A stretch of 64,000 nucleotides of DNA, taken from positions 74,834,001 through 74,898,000 of the forward strand of contig OX597831.1 in assembly GCA_951406725.2 (NCBI GenBank), given 5' to 3'. Positions 55,032 to 64,000 of the stretch are shown here, in pieces. How positions within the stretch are numbered: position 1 is the first letter of the stretch; the number at the start of each line of letters is the position of its first letter. The stretch comes from Octopus vulgaris (lineage: Eukaryota). The position numbers were made by a program, and so were the translations under genes. Under the pieces are notes generated by a model that was given only the letters and a program-made list of their open reading frames with translations, had not been told where the DNA came from and searched no databases.

Positions 55032-55115
55032 ATTGATATATTGCCCAAAAAGGTGAGAGAGATTAGTTTCCAAGAAACTATTGAATTACTGTCAAAGATC
55101 TTTTGTGACAAAATC
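55032..55115 (+). pseudogene. Probable Gypsy gag fragment, inverted relative to pol
   Basis: Reads ILPKKVREISFQETIELLSKIFCDK, resembling the ILPK.P....F.E.V..L...F gag motif. Confidence 0.45.
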
Positions 55116-55234
55116 CTGACATCCATCATGATGTCCAATGGGGCTTTTTAAACTGAAATAGCTGTAGTAAATTTTAAACCCCATTTGTGTTCTTTTTGTA
55201 TGTACACACACACACACACACACATATCATCACC

Positions 55235-56172
55235 ACCATCATCATCATCATCGTTTATCGTCCGTTTTCCATGCTGGCATGGGTTGGACGGTTTGCCTGA
55301 AAACTGGTAAGCTGGGAAGCTGCACCAAGTTTCAATCTGATTTGACATTGTTTCAGCAGCTGGATGCCCTTCCTAATGCCAACCACTCCAAGAGTGTAGT
55401 GGATGCCTTTCGTGTGCCACCGGCATGGGTACCAGTTACGAAACACCACCATCAGCCGTAACTATGACATTGCTTGGCTTGACAGGTCTTCCCAAGCACG
55501 GTATATTGCCACAGGTCTCGGTCACTTGTCACTGCATCCATGGGGCCCAAACTTCAAAGGGTGCTTCTTACTCGCCAATTACACAATTCTGGCAGCGACC
55601 ACGACTGCAATTTCACTTGGCTGGACAGGTCTTCTCAAGTCCTCGGTCGCTTGTCATTGCTTCCATGGGGCCCAGTGTTTGAAGGTTGTGCTTCATCTCC
55701 TCATCCCATGTCTTCCTGGGTCTACCTCTTCCACAGACTCCCTCCACAGATAGTGATGAGCACTTCTTCACACAGCTGTCTTCGTCCATACACATCATAT
55801 GACCATACTATTTCTTTACTACCCACAAGGGGCTAAACACAGAGGGGACAAACAAGGACAGACATAGGTATTAAGTCGATTACATCAACCCCAGTGTGTA
55901 ACTGGTACTTAATTTATCGACCCCGAAAGGATGAAAAGCAAAGTCGACCTCGCCGAAATTTGAACTCACAACGTAACCCAGACGAAATACCGCTAAGCAT
56001 TTCGCCCGGCGTGCTAACGGTTCTGCCACCCTGATGCCACTTATGCCTAACCTTTCTCTCAAGATGCTTACATTCTGTCATATATTCATGCTGACATTGA
56101 ACATCCAGTGAAGCATACTGGTTCCATTTCTTTCAAGCCTCGGTGGTCACAGCCCATGTTTCACTGTTGTGT
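55235..56172 (-). mobile_element. RTE-type LINE 3' fragment interrupted by a SINE
   Basis: SETWAVTTE at about 56135-56170, EDSCVKKC...GRGRPRKTWDE at 55613-55798, then 3'UTR and (GAT)n tail. Confidence 0.75.
55812..56030 (-). mobile_element. tRNA-derived SINE with Nin/Deu-like central domain (second copy 56960-57135)
   Basis: GGCAGAACCGTTAGCACG...GAGTTCAAATT...GCTTTTCATCCTTTCGGGGTCGATAAATTAAGTACCAG. The domain name is from recalled similarity. Confidence 0.7.
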
Positions 56173-56182
56173 ATGTATATAT

Positions 56183-56545
56183 ACTCTTTTACTCTCTCTC
56201 TTTTACTTGTTTCAGTCATTTGACTGCGGCCATGCTGGAGCACCACCTTTAGTCGAGCAAATCGACCCCGGGACTTATTCTTTGTAAGCCTAGTACTTAT
56301 TCTATCGGTCTCTTTTTGCCGAACTGCTAAGGGGACAAACAGAGACACACAAACATACACACACATATATACACATATATACGACGGGCTTCTTTCAGTT
56401 TCCGTCTACCAAATCCACTCACAAGGTTTTGGTCGGCCCGAGGCTATAGTGGGAGACACTTGCCCAAGATGCCATGCAGTGGGACTGAACCTGGAACCAT
56501 GTGGTTGGTAAGCAAGCTACTTACCACACGGCCACTCCTGCACCT
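56183..56545 (-). mobile_element. Main-family SINE with internal deletion
   Basis: Matches 25086-25498. Confidence 0.85.
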
Positions 56546-58952
56546 GTAGTTAAGTATATATTTATGTATGCATGTGTGTGTATTTATATGTGTGTGTGTG
56601 TTCATGTGTGTTTGTGTGTATCATCATCATCATTGGTTTATGTCCATTTTCTATACTGGCATGGGTTTGACGGTTTGACCGAAGTCTGGAGAGCCAGCAG
56701 TTGCACCAGACTCTAGTCTAATCTGGCAATGTTTCTACAGATGGATGCCCTTCCTAACACCAACCACTCCGAGAGTGTAGTGGGTGTTTTTTACATGCCA
56801 CCAGCACAGGGGCCAGTCAGGTGGACCTGGCATCGACTACATTCGGATGATACATTTTTATATGCCACCAGAACAAGAACCAGTCAGGGGCCACTGGCCA
56901 CAGCTACGATTTTGGTTGTGCATGTATATATATGTATGTGCGTGTATGTATATATATTTATTCCTTTATTGCCCACAGAGGAGCTAGACATAGAGGGGAC
57001 AAACAAGGACAGACAAAGAGATTAAGTCGATTACATCAACCCCAGTGCGTAACTGGTACTTATTTAATTGACTCCGAAAGGATGAAAGGCAAAGTCGACC
57101 TTGACGGAATTTGAACTCACAACGTAACGGCAGATGAGTGTATGTACATTTATTAACATATTTGTGCATGTGTGTCTGTATGTATGAGAGAGAGAGAGAG
57201 AAGGTGGAGGAGGAGGAAGAGAAGGAGAAGGAGGAGGAAGAGAAGGAGGAAGAGGAAGAGAAGTAGGTGAAGAGTATCATCATTATGATGATGATGATGA
57301 TGATGATGGTGACGATGATGATGAGGAGGAGGATGGTGATCACTTAATTTTATAAAAAGACACACAGACAGATATTCAGAAAGTAACGAACGAAATTACT
57401 TATTCATTAAATCTGATTAGTAAAATGCTAAGAAGTTCGTTTTTGGAAGTTTTTCTGGGAATTTGTCTTGTTTTTTTTTTATTATTTTTTGTTTTTTAAT
57501 TGTTCTTTTCAAATTTTACTAACAAATAAAAGAAAATTTTTAAAAATAATGACCTGATTGATGGGGTATAGGGGTGAGAGGTGTAGTGGTGAGGTATGTG
57601 TGTGGTGGGGGGATAAAGTGAATGGTGGGGGTGAGGTGGGGTGAGGAATCTAAGACATGATTCGGCATGCCTTTCTGATGCCACATTCCATTCTAACTCC
57701 ACTCGTTATTATGACAATGAAGATAATAACAGTAACGATAACACTAACGAACAATTAATTTGTTAATTAAATTTTATATAACAACAACAACAACAACAGC
57801 AATGACAACAACAACAATGTAATGATGCAAGGACAAACAGACGCTCAAAAAAACATATTAGGAACCAAATTACTTACTCGTTAAACTTACTTTTTTTTTT
57901 TTAAAAATATATATATATAGTTTATTGTTGCTGTTGTTGTTGTTGTTGATGTTGTTCTTGTTGATATTTTGGTCCTTTATTGTTGTTGTTGTTCTTTTTC
58001 TTCTTGATATTTTATTTTGTGCTGTTGTTGTTGATATTTTGGTCTTTTATTGATGTTGTTATTGTTGTTCTTTTTCTTCTTCTTGATATTTTGTTTTGTG
58101 TTGTTATTTTATTGTTATCGTTGTTTTTGTTGTTGTTTTTGCTGCTACTGTTGTTGCTGTTGTTAATGCGATTTTTGTTGTTGTTTTTGTTATCAATATT
58201 ATTGCTTTCGTTGTTGTTGTTTTTTTTGTTTCTCTTTTGTTGTTCTTTGTTCAAAAAAAAATGAGAACAAAATAAAAAGAAGGAAATTTTGTTCGTTTAG
58301 ATATTTAGCATCAAATTAAGAGAACGAGATGAAATAATGGAATAATTCTACCCAAACCACCAAAATCATTATCAAGTAGTTTGATTTTTATCTTATTTCA
58401 CACTAGATTCTTCCATATTATTCCATTACATTCTGCGAAATAAAACTAAACAAATGAAAAGGTTTGAAAACCAAGATGGCGGATGCGGTTGGCAGGGGAC
58501 AGGGATGGTGGGCAAGGGGGTTGGTTCTTCGTGATTTTTGATAGACAACTTTAATTGATAAAATTCATTAAATGTTGGGGTGGAGGGGCTGAGATAAATA
58601 AATAAATAAATATAAAGGAATATATTTATATAATGAGAATGAGGTGGAATGAAAAATCGGAAAGTAAAAGAAACGGTGTTGTTTTTTGTTTGTTTTTTGG
58701 GGGTTTTTTTGGTTTTTTTTGGGAAATGATATCTTTATGTGTTCAGGTTTTTGAAAAACGCATGTGTGAAATTTTGTGCATGAATTTTTGTTGGAGAATT
58801 TTTGAAGTGAAGCGTTGCAGTTTCTTGTTCATGTATGCACATATGTACATACATACATATGTATGCATGTATATGCATCTCTCTTTCTCTCTCTCTCTCC
58901 CTATATATATATATATGTATATGTACATATATGTATATATATTTATATATAT

Positions 58953-58954
<2 letters not shown>

Positions 58955-58984
<30 letters not shown>

Positions 58985-60425
58985 TAAGCGTCCGTTTTCC
59001 ATGCTAGCATGGGTTGGACGGTTTAACTGGGGTCTGTGAAGCCGGAAGGCTTCATCAGGCCCAGTCAGATTTGGCAGTGTTTCTACAGCTGGATGCCCTT
59101 CCTAACGCCAACCACTCTGTGAGTATAGTGGGTGCTTTTTACGTGCCACCTGCACAGGTGCCAGACAGAGCTGGCAAACGGCCACGAACGGATGGTGTTT
59201 TTACGTGCCACCGGCACGGGGACCAGGCGACGCTGGCAACGGACACAAACGGATGGTGCTTTTACGTGCTACCGGCACAGGGGCCAGGCAAGGCTGGCAA
59301 CAGACACGAGCGGATGGTGCTTTTACGCATGCCAGGCGAGGCTGGCAACGGACACGATCAGATGGTGCTTTTATGTGCTACCGGCATGGGGGCCAGGCGA
59401 GGCTGGCAACAGACACGAGCGGATGGTGCTTTTACGTGCCAGGCGAGGCTGGCAACGGACACGATCAGATGGTGCTTTTATGTGCTACCGGCACGGGGGC
59501 CAGGCGAGGCTGGCAACGGACATGAGTGGATGGTGCTTTTACGTGCCAACGGCACGGGGGCCAGGCGAGGCTGGCAACGGACAAACGATCGGATGGTTCG
59601 CTTAACCACAGCTGCAATTTCCACTGATGTTGATTTGGTTTGATTTTGACTGTTCTCACTGGTCTTGCCGGGTTTTCTCACGCACAGCATACTTCCATAG
59701 GTCTCGGTCTCTAGTCATTTCCTTGGTGAGACCTAAAGTTCGAAGGTCGTGCTTCACTACCTCGTCCCAGGTTTTCCTGGGTCTACCTCTTCCACAGGTT
59801 CCCTCAACTGCTAGAGTGTGGCACTTTTGCACACAACTATCTTCAGCCATTCTTGTCACATGACCATACCAGCGCAGCCGTCTCTCTTGCACACCACAAC
59901 TGATGCTTCTTAGGTTCAACTTTTCTCTCAAGGTACTTACACTCTGTCGATTATGAACACTGACATTACACATCCATCGGAGCATACTGGCTTCATTTCT
60001 TGCGAGCTTACGCATATCCTCAGCAGTCACAGCCCATGTTTCACTACCATGTAGCATGGCTGTACGTACACATGCATCATACAGTCTGCCTTTTACTCTG
60101 AGCGAGAGGCCTTTTGTCACCAGCAGGGGTAAGAGCTCTCTAAACTTTGCCCAGGCTATTCTTACTCTAGCAGTTACACTTTCAGCACACCCACCCCCGC
60201 TACTGACTTGGTCACCTAGGTAGTGGAAGCTATCAACTACTTCTAGTTTTTCTCCCTGGAACATGGTAGACGTTGGTCTCTGCACATTTTCAGTGTTTAT
60301 TGCTCCTGAGCATCTGCCACAGACAAAAACTATTTTCCTAGTTAGCCTTCCTTTGACATTGCTACACCTCTTATGTGTCCATAGCTTGCACTTGGTGCAC
60401 CTTATAGAGTTTCTACCTACACCTT
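58955..60425 (-). mobile_element. RTE-group LINE, 5'-truncated, with minisatellite-containing 3'UTR and (GAT)n tail
   Basis: ORF 59656-60285: LEVVDSFHYLGD...ARVRIAWAKFREL...MLHGSETW...RLRWYGHV...GRGRPRKTW. Repeats of about 40-60 bp at 59130-59595. Confidence 0.92.
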
Positions 60426-60433
60426 TTTTATAC

Positions 60434-60493
<60 letters not shown>

Positions 60494-60597
60494 GTGTGTA
60501 TATATATTATATGTATATATATATATATATAATGTATATATATATGTATATAATGTATATATATGCATATATATATATAATATATATATATGCATAT

Positions 60598-61033
60598 GTG
60601 ACCTCGTGTCTACCGTTGGCGATTTTTTTTTCCCTCTGTCTTCCCTTCTCTGGATCTTTCCTTCTCCTATGTTTCCAACGAAGAGCTCCACTCAAAACGT
60701 TAAACCCTCCTTCTTTCCTTCTTTCCTGAGCGTCCAATAATACTATATTTGTTCCACGTCCTCGTGTTGTTGTGTTTTTTGTGCTTTCTTGTTTGGATTA
60801 ACTTTATATATATATATATACATTATTTATATATATATATATACATATATATATACAAACATATATATATATATATATGCCATGTTGGATCGTTAGCCCC
60901 TACATGCATTTTTTTCTCTCCTTGTTTTTTTTTTTGTGTATCGTTCTATCGAAGAGCGTACGCTCGAAATGTAAAAGACTTTTTCCATTCCTGATCGCTA
61001 TACTATTACATTTGTTTGTTTGCCTGCCTTCGT

Positions 61034-61036
<3 letters not shown>
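60598..61036 (+). mobile_element. Adjacent degenerate hammerhead elements of family B (60598-60803) and family A (60878-61036)
   Basis: GTTT CCAACGA A GAGCTCCACTC AAAA CG TT AAAC and CTATCGA A GAGC GTAC GCTC GAAA TG TA AAAG. Confidence 0.7.
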
Positions 61037-61083
<47 letters not shown>

Positions 61084-61264
61084 TATATTAAGTCCTATAA
61101 TAACAGCGTTACATTCTCAAATCAGTTTTTGATCAGCAAAAAGTGAATACATGTTACTTCAGAATATTACTCACACATATACGAACACACACATACGTGC
61201 ACACACACACACGCGCACGCACACATGCACACACACACGCACACACACACAGATCTATATTCAT

Positions 61265-61667
61265 ATACTCTGTTACTCTTTTACTTGTTTCAGTCATTTG
61301 ACTGTGGCCATGCTGGAGCACCGCCTTTAGTCAAGCAAATCGACCCCGGGACTTATTCTTTGTAAGCCCAGTACTTATTCTATCGGTCTCTTTTGTCGAA
61401 CCACTAAGTGACAGGGACGTAAACACACCAGCATCGGTTGTCAAGCAATGCTAGGGGGACAAACACAGACACACAAACACATAAACATACACATATATAT
61501 ATACATATATACGACAGGCTTCTTTCAGTTTCCGTCTACCAACTCCACTCACAAGGCATTGGTCGGCCCGGGGCTATAGCAGAAGACACTTGCCCAAGAT
61601 GCCACGCAGTGGGACTGAACCCGGAACCAAGTGGTTGGTAAACAAGCTACTTACCACACAGCCACAT
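61265..61667 (-). mobile_element. Main-family tRNA-derived SINE, near full length
   Basis: Matches 25086-25498. Confidence 0.9.
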
Positions 61668-61939
61668 GCATATATATAATATTTTCTTTTATCAGCTTTA
61701 ATATATCACATTATGTCATCGTATATTACATTACATTACTGCATATTACATAGTTCTATATCATATTAAACCATATTGTATTATGTTATATATAGGATTG
61801 GGCTTTTCATGCAATCCAACGCTCTCTTTCTCATTGAGCATTAAGAGTGAATATTTTGTCACATGTGTTCTCACCACATAAGGTCAGCAAGGTGAGGTGT
61901 ATAAAGGCAAAGTACTGAGAGGTGGTCATTAAAGCAAGC

Positions 61940-62040
61940 TGGTCATTAAGGTTAGAGGTACCAATGACAGTGAAGAATTCAAACAGGTGTTCGCCAGGGC
62001 TTACATCTCGCTCCCTTTTTGTTTATTGTAGATCAGCTGG
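61940..62040 (+). pseudogene. Very decayed LINE RT fragment
   Basis: KVRGTNDSEEF / GVRQGLHLAPFLFIV resembles the RT motif GVRQG..LSP.LF. Confidence 0.4.
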
Positions 62041-62321
62041 CTATAACAGGGAAGCTGAAGACTACCATCAAAAAGGAACTCTTGTGTGCCAAAGGCCTTC
62101 TTCTTTGAGCTAAACTTGAGAAAGATTTAGAAAACACAGCCTAGAAATTAAAAAGCTCTTAAGTCAACTTGTCAAAAAACAGAAATATAATAGAATATAT
62201 GCCACACCTGGAACCAGCCCTGGATTAGATCTAAGGTTTAGATTGGATTTTATTACCTATGTGAGTGTATGTGTGTGCATGTGTGTGTGTGTGTGTGTGT
62301 GGGAGTGTGTATGTATACATA

Positions 62322-62357
<36 letters not shown>

Positions 62358-62358
<1 letters not shown>

Positions 62359-62581
62359 TGGAGTAAACACATAAATGTGAAACAAGGTGGAAAAAAGTGT
62401 ACTCAAGTACCAGTGGTAGAGTAATATGCTTTATTTAAAGCAGCAGAAAATTCAACAAAACCTGTTACTCTGAGTTTCCCGTTGCCGTTCATCGGACAGT
62501 TCTAGCAAAAACTGTCCGATGAACAGCAACGGGAAACTCAGAGTAACAGGTTTTGTTGAATTTTCTGCTGCTTTAAATAAA

Positions 62582-62583
<2 letters not shown>
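62358..62583. mobile_element. Hammerhead element family C with inverted partial copy
   Basis: 62429-62501 is inverted at 62510-62582. Each arm has CTGT CCGATGA AC(G/A)GCAACGG GAAA CTCAGAG TA ACAG. Related pieces at 23347-23445, 29270-29360 and 31031-31128. Confidence 0.7.
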
Positions 62584-62652
<69 letters not shown>

Positions 62653-62655
<3 letters not shown>

Positions 62656-63120
62656 TCATCATCATCATCATCGTTTAACGTCCGTTTTCCGCGCTAGCAT
62701 GGGTTAGACGGTTCAACCAGAGTCTGGGAAGCAAGGGGCTGCACCAGGCTCCTGTCTGATCTGGCAGTGTTTCTACAGCTGGATGCCCTTCCTAATGCCA
62801 ACCACTCCGTGAGTGTAGTGGGTGCTTTTTACATGCCACCTGCACAGGTGCCAGGGGAGTCCAGCATCGGCCATGATCGGTTGGTGCTTTTAACGCGCCA
62901 CCGGCACAAAAGCCAGTAAAGGCGGCGCTGGCATCGGCCACGTTTGGATGATGCTTTTTATGTGCCACCGACACAGAAGCCAGTCAAGGTGGCCCTGGCA
63001 ACGGCCACGTTCGGATGGTGCTTTTTATGTGCCACCGGCACAGGAGCCAGTCGAGGCGGCGCTGGCAATGGCCACGTTCGGATGATGCTTTTTATGTGCC
63101 ACCGGCACAGGTATCACAAC
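62653..63120 (-). mobile_element. RTE-type LINE 3'UTR with about 5 minisatellite units
   Basis: Matches 58955-59595. Confidence 0.85.
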
Positions 63121-63200
63121 TACTATATATATATATTTATATATATTTATATATATGTATGTATATACATATGTATATATATCTATATCTATCTATCTAT

Positions 63201-63254
<54 letters not shown>

Positions 63255-63270
63255 CTGTATGTATATATAT

Positions 63271-63553
63271 GGCGTCCCTACCTTCCTGAGCTAGTTTTCC
63301 ACCACATTTCTTAAAAATCGTGGTAGAGGCTATGGTCTTGGGACCACTCATGTCTAGAGACTGAGGTGGGGGTAAGCAAGGGCATGCTCTCCATAGAAAA
63401 TCCAGCTCCAAAAATGCCTGATGATTGCAAGGAAAAATGGGCACCAGCCAGCCCAAAGGTTGGGGTGGGCTGCACCTGCCTACCTCAGTTGTTATGGCAT
63501 TGAGACAGATCCAGCCACCCCCGTTAATGGGGACAAATCCCAGATGATGATGA
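63271..63553 (+). mobile_element. Short non-autonomous RTE-like element with (GAT)n tail
   Basis: Homologous to 40310-40530 and ends CCACCCCCGTTAATGGGGACAAATCCCA(GAT)n. Confidence 0.55.
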
Positions 63554-63579
63554 TATATATATGTATATATATATATATG

Positions 63580-63865
63580 TCACAGCTGCATCTTCGTTAC
63601 ATGAGAAAAGCCATTGCCAAGAAGACTTACTGAAATGATTCATGATTGCTGCCATGTGATACCCTTATATGACTTTTAAGCCCGGTCAAGCTTTTACACA
63701 TCTTATTACATACTAAACAACTGTGCTGGCTGGCAGGAGAAACAGGTGCCACAATATGCACTCTCTTAACATGTCTTTTTAGGCCTCCAACTGAGAGGCA
63801 CACTCTTCCACATTTTACACACGTTCTGTTATAAATTTTAATAGCCACATCATTGTTTATCATGA
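63580..63865 (-). mobile_element. RTE LINE 3' end with two C2H2 zinc fingers
   Basis: CVKCGRVCLSVGGLKRHVKRVH and CLVCNKMCKSLTGLKSHIRVSH, then stop and a short UTR similar to 10252-10305. Confidence 0.65.
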
Positions 63866-64000
63866 GTCAATTTCTATCAAACATACATATACATACTTAC
63901 ATACCTGCAGTGTACCAGTAAATTACCAACAAATGACACCTAATGGTTGTTTTACCTTACAATAAATTCAGTACTATTGTACTCAGCCAATCCTGGTGTT

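Noticed and set aside
59014-59643. 209-aa repetitive ORF on the plus strand
   Set aside because: Antisense reading of the LINE 3'UTR minisatellite.

Overview
AT-rich, microsatellite-saturated eukaryotic DNA. The SINE and LINE repertoire looks like octopus or another coleoid cephalopod (inference from recalled family resemblance, not a search). No intact host gene can be shown, and nearly all listed ORFs are translations of (TA)n/(CA)n/(GGT)n repeats. The window holds decayed retroelements: a Dong/R4-type RT, several RTE LINE 3' fragments (some ending in C2H2 zinc fingers), two tandem L1/Tx1-like ORF1s without ORF2, and a Gypsy relic with a 52-bp minisatellite. It also holds about 20 copies of one tRNA-derived SINE, other SINEs, Helitron/hAT/mariner non-autonomous elements, fold-back elements and a 2.7-kb tandem duplication. 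The strongest unannotated signal is a set of at least six families of short, non-coding, (TA)n-flanked elements carrying type I hammerhead ribozyme motifs (CUGANGA...GAAA...UH with palindromic stem III). One is a direct-repeat element at 25718-26448 with two hammerheads 485 nt apart (retrozyme-like). Two have the inverted 5' copy typical of Penelope-like elements. All structures were folded by eye and coordinates are approximate.
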